Positions 49,811 through 60,184 of a stretch of DNA of 64,000 nt are shown here, in pieces. The stretch covers positions 154 to 64,153 of the forward strand of contig MEPC01000039.1 of assembly GCA_001769655.1 (NCBI GenBank), in the 5' to 3' direction. How positions within the stretch are numbered: the first letter of the stretch is position 1; every line of letters starts with the position of its first letter. The position numbers and the translations under genes were made by a program. The notes beneath the pieces are model-generated. The model saw only the letters and a program-made list of their open reading frames with translations. It did no database searches and was not told the origin of the DNA. The DNA comes from Bacteroidetes bacterium RIFCSPLOWO2_12_FULL_37_12 (GTDB taxonomy: Bacteria; Bacteroidota; Bacteroidia; 2-12-FULL-37-12).

Positions 49811-52102
49811 ATGAAAAACCTCTACAAATTACTTTTTTTCCTCATCTGCTCTTTGTCCTCCATGGCTCAATCAAACTGGGTAAAAAAAAATATTCCATCA
49901 ACTGCTGACCTGGAGCAAGTCGTTTTTTCCGATTCATTGCATGGGTGGATTGCTACTTATGATGGAAACATTCTGAAAACCACCGATGGGGGTGAAAATT
50001 GGTCATTGCAAAACGCAGGAAATGCATTGCCGCTTTATTCTTTGTATTTCACCGATTCGTTAAATGGTTGGACAGGGGGATATCTGGGAAAAATTCTACA
50101 TACAAACGATGGGGGCTTGAGTTGGACTTTGCAATCAAACGGTTTGACAGATATCGTTAACTCAATTTACTTTTTAGATGATTCTCTTGGTTTTGCCGCC
50201 GGTTCCAGGGGAAACATACTTCAAACACTAAATGGAGGACAGAACTGGAATGAAATATATCTGAATACAAATTTTTCTATCAAATCCGTTTACTTTCTGA
50301 ATTATCAGTCAGGATTTGCGGTTGGCACCAACGGATTTTTCCTAAAAACAATTGACGGTGGATTAACCTGGAATCAAATTATTAGCGGTCATACAGAATC
50401 ATTTAACGCTGTAATATTCATAACACCGGATTTGGGATTTTTGGTGGGAACCGGTGGATTAATACTAAGAACAATGGATGGTGGAAATTCCTGGCTTAAG
50501 ATGATTTCTCCTTCCACCTCAAATCTCAACTCCATTATTTTTGAAAATGAAATGATTGGCTGGATTTGTGGCGCAAACGGAGTCATTCTGAATTCAAAGA
50601 ATGGTGGCTCCTCCTGGTCTAATTCTTCACTTTTAAGCCAGGGAACCTACACCTCAGTGTCTTTATTGGGCTCAGAAAATTTATTTGTGTGCGGATATTC
50701 CGGTTCTGCCCTGAAATTTTATCCGGTTCTAACCGAAACACAAACAGTTCAAAACCCAGGTGACACGTTGGATTTTTCCAATCTTGGATTATTATTGTCA
50801 TTTCAGAATTTTACTCCCCCTGTTACAGGTCAACCACAGGTGCAGGTTTCAGGTCATTCTAAAGCGCCAATACATAGTCCTGTTCAGGATTCCATCGCCG
50901 GTTTATTTAACAAATTTTACTGGAATATTGAATCAAATCTCGATAGTTTTAATGTGACGATGTGTGTTTTATTTGATTCTACCCGGTTTAATACAACCTC
51001 ACTGCAACAATTGAATCTCATGTATAGCACGGCGGAAGGCAACCCGTGGAAAGTAATTGAAGTAATTCCTTTCAGAATGTCGGGTAGAATTTGCGCCACC
51101 ATTAATCACTTTTCCAATTGGACGATAGGTTTATCACGACCGGATGCCAAAGTCAGAATTGACACCATCTTATATAATAGCACTCAGGATTTTCAGGACA
51201 TTAAGATTAAAAATGATTTGTCGGGAATGGAATATGGTTACCGGCAAAAACCCGGACAAACGGATACTATATTTGCAAGACAGTATGCTATTAATCCCGG
51301 GGGAGATTTACCTGCAGAAATTACAGGTTTTCTTGGAAGTTATTATGAATTCAGAAGTTCTACCATAGATACCGTGTTTATGTATATAGACATTGCCTCA
51401 CAGGTTGGTTACAACGAATCTGAAAAAACCAACTATGTTTTATTATTCAGACCAGACCCTTCATTGGAATGGACCATTGTTTCAACACAGAGAGTTCGCA
51501 GAGGGCAAAAAGAAGCCATTTTTTCCAAACGGGCAGATTTCTCCGGTCAATATATTATTGGAAAATCCTATAGCAACAACGAGTTCTTTGAAGTAATTCC
51601 AACGGTAATTCCAGGATGTTTAAATGATACATCTTATTTTTCTGCTGTAGTTGCAGGTGGTATTGGAAATACAACGATTTCATGGTCGGGAGGAGAAGGG
51701 TTTACCGGAAATGGTGCTGAAGCATGGTATATTTTTAAAACCGTTGATACTGTTTTTTATACGGTTTCTGCAGAGGATGAAAACAAAGCCGTTTCATATA
51801 TTGATACTGTTTTTGCCATTGACTGTGTGACGGGTATTGATTATGAGAATGAATTAAATTCCTTTGATTTATTTCCAAATCCAATAAAAAACGGAACTAT
51901 TACTATTTCAATTCCGTGGAAAGAGAAAACGGAGGTTAGCTTATTAAATTCAATCGGAGAAGTACTACATGTAAATATTATTCCATTCGATTCAAACAAT
52001 CGTACTTTAAATTTTAATACTCTTAATCTTCCAAAAGGTGTATATTTAATAAAGATACAATCACGGAGTAAGATAATTGGAAAGTTGATGATAATCAATT
52101 AA
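49811..52102 (+). CDS. Secreted BNR/sortilin-type (Ycf48-like) beta-propeller protein with a T9SS sorting domain
   Basis: At least 8 repeats of T.DGG..W, and a C-terminal FDLFPNPIKNGTITISI...GVYLIKI. Confidence 0.8.
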   Translation: MKNLYKLLFFLICSLSSMAQSNWVKKNIPSTADLEQVVFSDSLHGWIATYDGNILKTTDGGENWSLQNAGNALPLYSLYFTDSLNGWTGGYLGKILHTNDGGLSWTLQSNGLTDIVNSIYFLDDSLGFAAGSRGNILQTLNGGQNWNEIYLNTNFSIKSVYFLNYQSGFAVGTNGFFLKTIDGGLTWNQIISGHTESFNAVIFITPDLGFLVGTGGLILRTMDGGNSWLKMISPSTSNLNSIIFENEMIGWICGANGVILNSKNGGSSWSNSSLLSQGTYTSVSLLGSENLFVCGYSGSALKFYPVLTETQTVQNPGDTLDFSNLGLLLSFQNFTPPVTGQPQVQVSGHSKAPIHSPVQDSIAGLFNKFYWNIESNLDSFNVTMCVLFDSTRFNTTSLQQLNLMYSTAEGNPWKVIEVIPFRMSGRICATINHFSNWTIGLSRPDAKVRIDTILYNSTQDFQDIKIKNDLSGMEYGYRQKPGQTDTIFARQYAINPGGDLPAEITGFLGSYYEFRSSTIDTVFMYIDIASQVGYNESEKTNYVLLFRPDPSLEWTIVSTQRVRRGQKEAIFSKRADFSGQYIIGKSYSNNEFFEVIPTVIPGCLNDTSYFSAVVAGGIGNTTISWSGGEGFTGNGAEAWYIFKTVDTVFYTVSAEDENKAVSYIDTVFAIDCVTGIDYENELNSFDLFPNPIKNGTITISIPWKEKTEVSLLNSIGEVLHVNIIPFDSNNRTLNFNTLNLPKGVYLIKIQSRSKIIGKLMIIN

Positions 52103-52203
52103 TGGGAGTGTATTAGGAAGCTATAATAATTTAACATTATAACATTATTCCAAAATTCCAATCTCGCATCTTACCTAAAATAAAAAATAATTTTCAAAAA
52201 TAG

Positions 52204-52234
52204 TTGTTACTATTAAATATTAACAGTATTTTTG
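52204..52234 (+). promoter_or_regulatory. Putative 16S rRNA promoter
   Basis: TTG (52204-52206), a 20-nt spacer, then TATTTTTG (52227-52234), about 170 nt upstream of the mature 16S 5' end. Confidence 0.4.
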
Positions 52235-52276
52235 CACCCTATTTGAAAAAACCTTTTGAATAAACTGGTTTTAACG

Positions 52277-52305
52277 TTCTTTGAAATTCGGAAAGAAACA
52301 GCAAG
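52277..52305 (+). other. 16S leader half of the processing stem (pairs with 53977-54005)
   Basis: ttctttgaaattcggaaagaaacagcaag is complementary to the trailer ctcttgttgtttcttccgttttcagagaa: about 24 Watson-Crick pairs, 2 G-U pairs and 2 small bulges. Confidence 0.7.
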
Positions 52306-52404
52306 CTAGAAAAAAGTAAGGTAGAAATACCCTTGATTTTCTTAATAGAACCAGAAATGGTTTAATAAACAAAGGTTCAAATCTGAAGACACTAGATCAA
52401 ACTT

Positions 52405-53933
<1,529 letters not shown>

Positions 53934-53976
53934 GGAGATTTTGAACCGGGTGATGTCTGGTTTCACCAGCTCACCA

Positions 53977-54005
53977 CTCTTGTTGTTTCTTCCGTTTTCA
54001 GAGAA
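53977..54005 (+). other. 16S trailer half of the processing stem
   Basis: See 52277-52305. It lies 46 nt after the 16S 3' end and 18 nt before the convergent helicase stop codon. Confidence 0.7.
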
Positions 54006-54022
54006 TTTTTTATCAATCTACT

Positions 54023-57000
54023 TCATCTCATCCAATACCTAACAAAATTACACCACCCACATTCCTCTTTCCCGCATCCCTTTGAAAATTCACGGTTCAT
54101 TATCTTCTGATAAACATCCTTTATCAGATTTGTAACAAATTTTACATCTTCAGAGGTAAATATTACTTTCTCCTTTATGAAATCATCTTTCTTTTTATGC
54201 TTTTCTATAAAATCAATTTCCCCGCTGATGACAATTCCCGGCAGTGATTTTTTTGTGTCAAGAAGAATCTTATAAAATACCAACTGCCGCCAGTAATCGC
54301 CTCCGTAAGGTTCTGTTTCTGCATCCGGTCTGACTAATTTCTTAATCCCATTTTCAACATTACCGGTTTTGTAATCAACCACATTAACAGCACTGCCTTC
54401 TATTTCAATTTTATCAATAATTCCGTTTATGGGTATTCCATCTAAAAATAAATTAGGATAATGTTTTTCAGGCAACACATTTTTGTGCCAGGTTCTAACA
54501 TACTTTTCGTAATACTCAGGCAATATTTTTTCGCCATAATCAATCCGGTTTTTCCATTCTGCCTCTGTAAAACACTCTTTATTCCGTTTCATGCCTTCAT
54601 GAAAATAAGTGATGAATTCTGTCAGCACAGGAAATATATAATTCGTCTTCTGCATGACAGAAAATATTTTCTCAAGGGCATGATGAATGGCGCTACCAAA
54701 ACCAAGCGCCTCATTCTTGGCAGTTGGAACCTGTATCAAATGCTTGTAGTAAAAAGAAACCGGACAATCAATGTAACTGGATAAGTGAGTGGGTGAAAGG
54801 GAGTATTTTTTTAATAATTCATCGAGATGAATTTTATCGAGCAATTCGATCTCCGGAGCATCTTCTTCCATCATAGCCAACGACTGAAATTCAACTAATT
54901 CATCTTCGGATAAATTCCGGTTCTCAAAGGTTATGTCATCTGATTCCATTAATTCAGCCACATAACGCGATTTTTCCAACCCTTTTTCATTAAAATTCTG
55001 ATTGGAAAAAGAAATGATTAAGCCCTCTTTTGCACGCGTCAACGCCACATAAAATAACCGGCGGGCTTCTTCTGCTTCTTCCTCATCACTGAAATTTTTT
55101 ATTATCAGGTTATCCGGAAAAGAAAAAGGCATACGCCCTCCGGCAGAATCCCAAATATTTGCTGTGCATCCGATTAAAAAAACATGATGGAATTCAAGTC
55201 CTTTAGAACCATGGGCTGTTAAAAAATTGACCCCCTCCCCTATTCCGGTGATGCGGATGATTTCAAGGGCTATTTCATGCTTTTCCATCTTTTCAAGAAT
55301 TAATAAAAATTCACGGACGTGCATGGAAGGATTTTTGGCAGTTTCTGATTTTATAAAATCAAAAAATGCGGTCAGCAGATTCATTAAGTAATATTTATCG
55401 GGTGACTTTAATATAAAAGAAAGAATACCGCCACGAGTAATAATCTTTTCAAACCATCCCTGCAAGGTCAAATTAGCAATGGCTCCCGTCCAAAAAGTAA
55501 AATCATCATGAATACGTGAAATATTTTCAATTCCGGAAATACCTGTTTTAAACATCCTTTCTCTGGATGCCATCATATCGCGAAGATGAATTTTCTGTTT
55601 GTGGCACTCAAGTGTCATTAAGGCAATGTCACCGGCATTAATTCCAAAAAAATCAGCATGTAATAATTCAAACAACAGAATATTTCCGCTACCGGGTTTT
55701 TCATATTCTTTAGAAAGATAGGATAGCAACCGGATTATTTTCTTTATAAAAACTGCTGAGAGAATATTTTCTTTTCTTTTAACGAGGACAGGAACCTTTT
55801 TATGATTTAAATATTTTAATAGCGGATCGGGCTGAATATGCTGACGATAAATTACTGCAATTTCAGAGGGATTAGCGCCATTTTCCAGCAAGCGCATAAT
55901 TTCATGGGCAAGGTCAGCATACTCATGATAAATATTCGGGTACTGAAGAATAGCAGGCATAGTGACACTTGAGCCAATTTTTATATTACTTGCTTTGAGA
56001 TTTTTATCAATACCGGGCATGATTCCGGATAAGCGTTTGTTATTTCGTTTAATAAAGGAAGTAGCCGTATTGAGAATTTTCTGTGTAGAACGATAATTTT
56101 CCACCAGCGTGATTTTTGTTATGGAACCGGAATACTTAGTGGCAAAGTCCTCCATATTCTCCACGTTGGCTCCCTGAAACCTGTAGATGGATTGGTCGTC
56201 GTCTCCCACAATAAATACGTTGGGATTATCCCAGAAACTGACGAGTTTTTTCAGGATTTCATTCTGGGAACCATTGGTGTCCTGATATTCATCCACCAGA
56301 AAATACTGGTATCTTTCCTGGTAGGAACTTAGCAAATCCGGTTTTTTAGCGAACCCATCGTTCACCCAGTTAATCATATCATCGTAATCATAACGACTTG
56401 CCTGCATCATAAACGTCCGGTAATTTTTCAATTCAAATACCGCTGAACGCAACCGTTCTTTTTTTTCTGTTTCTTCCCGTATTCTTGCCACTTTTAAGTC
56501 CCCAACATTTGCATCTTTTGTTTTTTTCTTATAGCGGAATTCTTCTTTGTCAGGCAGTCCTTTTAAATATTCATCTATTTTCTGAGAAATAAATTCAGGA
56601 GTCCAACCTTCTTTTTGCATGATGCTAAAAAGTTTCAGCAAATTGATGATGTCACTGTGATAATCGCCTTTGAATCTTTTTAGAGGATGATTAACGGGAA
56701 GATCCATCAGCATTTTTTCTACCAGTTCAAATTTTTCGAGGTCAGAGACCGGTTGGAGGTCTTTGAAACCGAAATACTCCTGATTTTCCTGAATGATTTG
56801 ATTGCAAAAAGCGTGAAAAGTATAAATGTGAAGATTATAGGCGATGGGTCCGATGAGTGACACTAATCGCTCGCGCATGGCAATGGTTGCGGCATCTGTA
56901 TAAGTGAGGCATAGTATTTCATGGGGTTGAACCTGGAGGTCTGCATGTGATAATAATTTCCCGATTCTTGCTGAGAGAATCTGTGTTTTGCCGGTACCCG

Positions 57001-57115
57001 GACCTGCTATGACCATAACGGGACCTTCGAGTGAGTCCACAGCTTTTTTCTGAGCCGGGTTTAATTTTTTGAGTTCGGCTGAGAAAGATTGGTGATATTT
57101 GGAATCGGGGGGCAT
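54023..57115 (-). CDS. UvrD/PcrA-like superfamily 1 DNA helicase fused to a C-terminal PD-(D/E)XK nuclease domain
   Basis: Walker A VIAGPGTGKTQ, FLVDEYQDTN, VGDDDQSIYRFQGA, and a C-terminal nuclease region ending in the Cys cluster CGKEECGWCNF. Confidence 0.88.
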   Translation of the reverse strand: MPPDSKYHQSFSAELKKLNPAQKKAVDSLEGPVMVIAGPGTGKTQILSARIGKLLSHADLQVQPHEILCLTYTDAATIAMRERLVSLIGPIAYNLHIYTFHAFCNQIIQENQEYFGFKDLQPVSDLEKFELVEKMLMDLPVNHPLKRFKGDYHSDIINLLKLFSIMQKEGWTPEFISQKIDEYLKGLPDKEEFRYKKKTKDANVGDLKVARIREETEKKERLRSAVFELKNYRTFMMQASRYDYDDMINWVNDGFAKKPDLLSSYQERYQYFLVDEYQDTNGSQNEILKKLVSFWDNPNVFIVGDDDQSIYRFQGANVENMEDFATKYSGSITKITLVENYRSTQKILNTATSFIKRNNKRLSGIMPGIDKNLKASNIKIGSSVTMPAILQYPNIYHEYADLAHEIMRLLENGANPSEIAVIYRQHIQPDPLLKYLNHKKVPVLVKRKENILSAVFIKKIIRLLSYLSKEYEKPGSGNILLFELLHADFFGINAGDIALMTLECHKQKIHLRDMMASRERMFKTGISGIENISRIHDDFTFWTGAIANLTLQGWFEKIITRGGILSFILKSPDKYYLMNLLTAFFDFIKSETAKNPSMHVREFLLILEKMEKHEIALEIIRITGIGEGVNFLTAHGSKGLEFHHVFLIGCTANIWDSAGGRMPFSFPDNLIIKNFSDEEEAEEARRLFYVALTRAKEGLIISFSNQNFNEKGLEKSRYVAELMESDDITFENRNLSEDELVEFQSLAMMEEDAPEIELLDKIHLDELLKKYSLSPTHLSSYIDCPVSFYYKHLIQVPTAKNEALGFGSAIHHALEKIFSVMQKTNYIFPVLTEFITYFHEGMKRNKECFTEAEWKNRIDYGEKILPEYYEKYVRTWHKNVLPEKHYPNLFLDGIPINGIIDKIEIEGSAVNVVDYKTGNVENGIKKLVRPDAETEPYGGDYWRQLVFYKILLDTKKSLPGIVISGEIDFIEKHKKKDDFIKEKVIFTSEDVKFVTNLIKDVYQKIMNREFSKGCGKEECGWCNFVRYWMR

Positions 57116-57147
57116 GTGAGAACTTGATTTTTAATTTGACTCGTCCT

Positions 57148-57233
57148 GAAAAAAAATTCTGTCCGGAAGCGGATTCGGTGCGACAGTGACTTTTTTTTCT
57201 TGTAATAAGAGCGCAACGAAGTGTTAGTTGTTA
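57148..57233 (-). repeat. Island repeat R0 (degenerate core only)
   Basis: aaaaaaaattctgtccggaagcggattcggtgcgacagtgac...gcgcaacgaagtgttagttgttat aligns with the cores of R1, R2 and R4. The right hairpin arm is lost. Confidence 0.65.
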
Positions 57234-57853
57234 TCGCCTGTTTTTATTTCTTCATGTTTGTCATCTGTCAAGTTTAAATTACCATTTTCTGTCAATGTAC
57301 CAATTTTAGAATTAATCAAAACTATGTCACTGTTTGGAATTGGTTGTCCTAAACTGTCGCATTGATACTCATAATTTATTGAATCAGCACAATAAATTGT
57401 AAGGTCTTTATTTACAATTCCTGTTTCAGAGCAATAAGTAATCCCGCAATCACCGCCACAGCCATTTACAATTAGATTGGTTTGGTCTAAAAGAATTCCA
57501 TATTTGTTATAAGTAGCTAACATCGGGTAGTAGTTATCGGCAGGATAAAAAAAAATAAGAGAGAAGAATTTTGAAGTGTCAGGAAGTATGCCAAAACATT
57601 TTATTCCGTCAAGATAATCCGCCTTTATATAAAGTGTGTCGTTGGATTTTGGGTCTATGCCTACCATTTTGTCAAGGTCAAAGTTTTCAATATAGTCAAC
57701 GTATCTGAAAATAAAAGGTAAGTCGATGATTGTAAACTTTTTCAAGAACTGTCTGAATGTATCAGGTTGAGCATTATAAGTTTTTTTCTCTGCTACTTTG
57801 TTATGGCAGGAAAACAAAAATAATGTTGATAAAAATGTTGTTAAAATTCTCAT
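57224..57853 (-). CDS. Hypothetical lipoprotein (cassette 1)
   Basis: MRILTTFLSTLFLFSC lipobox. The ATG at 57853 is preferred to the TTG at 57871. The stop codon lies within R0. Confidence 0.6.
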   Translation of the reverse strand: MRILTTFLSTLFLFSCHNKVAEKKTYNAQPDTFRQFLKKFTIIDLPFIFRYVDYIENFDLDKMVGIDPKSNDTLYIKADYLDGIKCFGILPDTSKFFSLIFFYPADNYYPMLATYNKYGILLDQTNLIVNGCGGDCGITYCSETGIVNKDLTIYCADSINYEYQCDSLGQPIPNSDIVLINSKIGTLTENGNLNLTDDKHEEIKTGDNN

Positions 57854-57887
57854 TTTTGTAGTCGTCCTCAAGTAACCGATAATTTCA

Positions 57888-58243
57888 TTCCATCTAAAAA
57901 ATTACCTTTCAATAGCAAAATTACATAAAATTCGAATGTGATGAAAGCGATATAGAGAAGGTAAAAAAAATAGAGTGGAATGTAAATTAAAAATTTGGAA
58001 TCTACCTGTAGTAGTATTTTGCTTTTAGGAAAGTCAAAAATCCAGAAAATAAAAAAAATTCTCTCAGGAACTTCTTTAATACAATATTGTAAACATAGCG
58101 AATTTACCTTTTTAACGAAAACCCCATAAAGAAAAAAACTCAACAATCAAAGAGGGGAAAAAATCTTCCGTCCAGAGGCAGATTTAGTGCAACAGTGGCT
58201 GAATTGCATGTCCTAAGGACGCAACGAAGCCATAGTTGTTATA
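57888..58243 (-). repeat. Island repeat R1 (full length, about 355 bp)
   Basis: Aligns end to end with 61656-62004. Shared blocks are tcc.tctaaaaa, agcgatat, gtcaaaaatccagaaaataaaaaaa, ttaacgaaa, ccagaggcagatttagtgcaacagtgg and ggacgcaa.gaa.c.tagttgtta. Confidence 0.85.
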
Positions 58244-58262
58244 TGCAGTTTTTTGTCATTCG

Positions 58263-58574
58263 TTACAGGATTCTCAATGAAATCTTGCGACCAAGTCCAA
58301 GTTCTAAAAGCCGGTAAAGTGTTGATAGTTGAATGTCACTGTGTCCATTTTCAATTCTTGAAATGAAGCTCTTTTTTGTCCCCGTTTTATCAGCTAATTG
58401 CTCTTGTGTCATTGAAGATGATTGTCTTTCTTCTTTAATTACTTCGCCAATAGCAAATGCTTTAGCTTTGATTTCAAAATTAGTTCTTTTTATTGTCCCA
58501 ATTTTACCGTAACGACTGTCAAGGTGTTCGTCAAAAGTTGTAATGTTCTTAATGTTTTGATTTTTTGTTTTCAT
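58263..58574 (-). CDS. XRE-family HTH antitoxin (HigA-like)
   Basis: The HTH segment MTQEQLADKTGTKKSFISRIENG. It starts 6 nt after the ancestral toxin stop. Confidence 0.8.
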   Translation of the reverse strand: MKTKNQNIKNITTFDEHLDSRYGKIGTIKRTNFEIKAKAFAIGEVIKEERQSSSMTQEQLADKTGTKKSFISRIENGHSDIQLSTLYRLLELGLGRKISLRIL

Positions 58575-58579
58575 TTTAT

Positions 58580-58926
58580 CTAATTTTTATTTTTTTTCGA
58601 AAAATATTCATCTTTAAATTTTAGTGCTCTTTCAATTTCTGATTGAGGTGTCTTTTGTGATTTTTTTTGAAAACCGTTGAATAACACAACAACTTTCCCC
58701 TCATCAAAACAACAGAATATCCTGTAAATATTACTCTGAAACTCAACTCTGATTTAATAAAGTCCTTCTGTTCCGGTAATATGTCAAAGAACTTTTTCGG
58801 GATTCTATCAGTAACCGTCACCACAAATAAAACGTGGTCTATCTTTTCTTTTACTTTCTCAGTTTGCTCGTTAAAGAAGTTCAAAAAGTAGTCCTTGAAA
58901 TAAATTATTTGTCTTACTTTTTCCAT
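58580..58926 (-). pseudogene. RelE/ParE-superfamily (HigB/Gp49-like) toxin, inactivated by a frameshift and an in-frame stop
   Basis: The track frame gives ...DRIPKKFFDIL and then nonsense. A second frame reads HITGTEGLY*IRVEFQSNIYRIFCCFDEGKVVVLFNGFQKKSQKTPQSEIERALKFKDEYF, the conserved toxin core, with TAA in place of a sense codon and TGA further upstream. Confidence 0.75.
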
Positions 58927-59031
58927 TATTTTCTTTTCGTGACAAAGTTAACTAATAATGGAACAAATTCCAAATGGTTACTGTAAAATATTTTATAAAG
59001 TGCAGCTTTATTAAAATAGCATATAACGTCA

Positions 59032-59114
59032 GTCCGTCTAAAAACTAAAATTCACCAGCAAAAATACACAAGACCCGGATGAAATAGAAGCGATATACGG
59101 AAGGAAAAAAATAT
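59032..59114 (-). repeat. Island repeat R3 (distal third only)
   Basis: gtccgtctaaaaacta..ttcaccagcaaaaataca...cggatg.aatagaagcgatat.cggaagg is nearly identical to the distal end of R2. Similarity stops at about 59114. Confidence 0.8.
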
Positions 59115-59175
59115 TACTACTCAGGTAGGGGCTTGCTCTTGCAATTTCCTACGTTAGCTTGTGTGCCCAATTACG

Positions 59176-59183
59176 TATATTTG
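59176..59183 (+). promoter_or_regulatory. Putative -7 promoter box of the R-M operon
   Basis: tatatttg (TAnnTTTG) lies 17 nt upstream of the ATG at 59201. Confidence 0.35.
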
Positions 59184-59200
59184 CCCAAAAATATACAAAA

Positions 59201-60184
59201 ATGAATGTAAAGGAAAGGACGCTCAATGCGAAAAATGCCGAAAGAAAAGTAAAGAAATATAAATCCAAAGGATCTAAATTTCAAGTTCTCCATGAGGATG
59301 GAGTCATATATGAAACCGAAGAAACGTCTAAAATTATTGATATAGGGATTGACAAATCTTGCCAATGTGTTGGGAACAAGATAAACTGTCTTACTGCAAA
59401 AGATTGGTTAAAAAATCAACTCGGCGTCTGGGAGTTTTATTATGAGAAGCGCGATATAAGAGATAAAACTGTCCACCCGGCAACTTTCCCGATTTCAATG
59501 GCTCGTAAAGTCATTGAACTTTTTTCTCACGAAGGCGAACTTGTACTAGACCCATTTGTTGGTAGCGGAACTACGCTTGTTGCTTGTCAAGATACAAACC
59601 GTAATGCTGTTGGTTTTGATTTGCAAAAAAAATATGTGGATCTCAGTAACAAAAGATTGTCTAATCAACAATTATTTAATAGTTCAAAGCAATTGGCAAT
59701 ATTAGATGATGCAAGAAATATAAGTCAGCATTTGAAACCGCGATGTGTTAAGTTGATTTGGACTTCACCTCCTTATGCGAACTTATTGAACCGTGAAAGA
59801 AAAAATAAATCTCGTAGAGATAGAGATAACGGACAACTCGGGAAAGTTGAACAATACTCCCAAGACGAAAGAGATTTGGGAACTTTAGAATTAGAAATTT
59901 ACGCAAAACAAATGGGTGATATTTATGAATCACTCTTGTCAGTATTGCGTGATGATGGGCATTGCGTTATAAATGTCCCTGATATGTGGTGGGATAACAA
60001 ACGAATAACTATTCATATTTCATTAATTGAAGAATTGCGAAAAAGGGGTTATGAATTCCGAAATACAATTATTTGGGATAGAAGAAATGTAGTAAATAAC
60101 ATTGGGATTTTTGGGTGGCCGTCCAATTATATTACGATGGGAACTACATTTGAATATCTTTTACATTTTAAGAAACCGAAATGA
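59201..60184 (+). CDS. DNA methyltransferase (N4/N6 MTase family, SPPY motif; probable N4-cytosine specificity)
   Basis: HPATFPISMARKVIELFSHEGELVLDPFVGSGTT (AdoMet motif I) followed by IWTSPPYANL (motif IV). The ATG at 59201 is preferred over 59159. Confidence 0.8.
   Translation: MNVKERTLNAKNAERKVKKYKSKGSKFQVLHEDGVIYETEETSKIIDIGIDKSCQCVGNKINCLTAKDWLKNQLGVWEFYYEKRDIRDKTVHPATFPISMARKVIELFSHEGELVLDPFVGSGTTLVACQDTNRNAVGFDLQKKYVDLSNKRLSNQQLFNSSKQLAILDDARNISQHLKPRCVKLIWTSPPYANLLNRERKNKSRRDRDNGQLGKVEQYSQDERDLGTLELEIYAKQMGDIYESLLSVLRDDGHCVINVPDMWWDNKRITIHISLIEELRKRGYEFRNTIIWDRRNVVNNIGIFGWPSNYITMGTTFEYLLHFKKPK

Noticed and set aside
52340-52395. tRNA-like T-loop motif ggttcaaatc in the 16S leader
   Set aside because: The preceding ~60 nt cannot be folded into acceptor, D and anticodon stems. 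It is more likely just leader sequence.
57868-58146. Phe-rich ORFs of 92 aa here and 77 aa at 61676..61909, inside island repeats R1 and R2
   Set aside because: Both start at TTG, and their composition is dictated by poly-A runs on the other strand. The ORF is not maintained in R4, where a 1-nt length difference occurs in the same segment. Two indels between R1 and R2 are multiples of 3, which is weak evidence only. Ribosome profiling or a larger alignment could revisit this.
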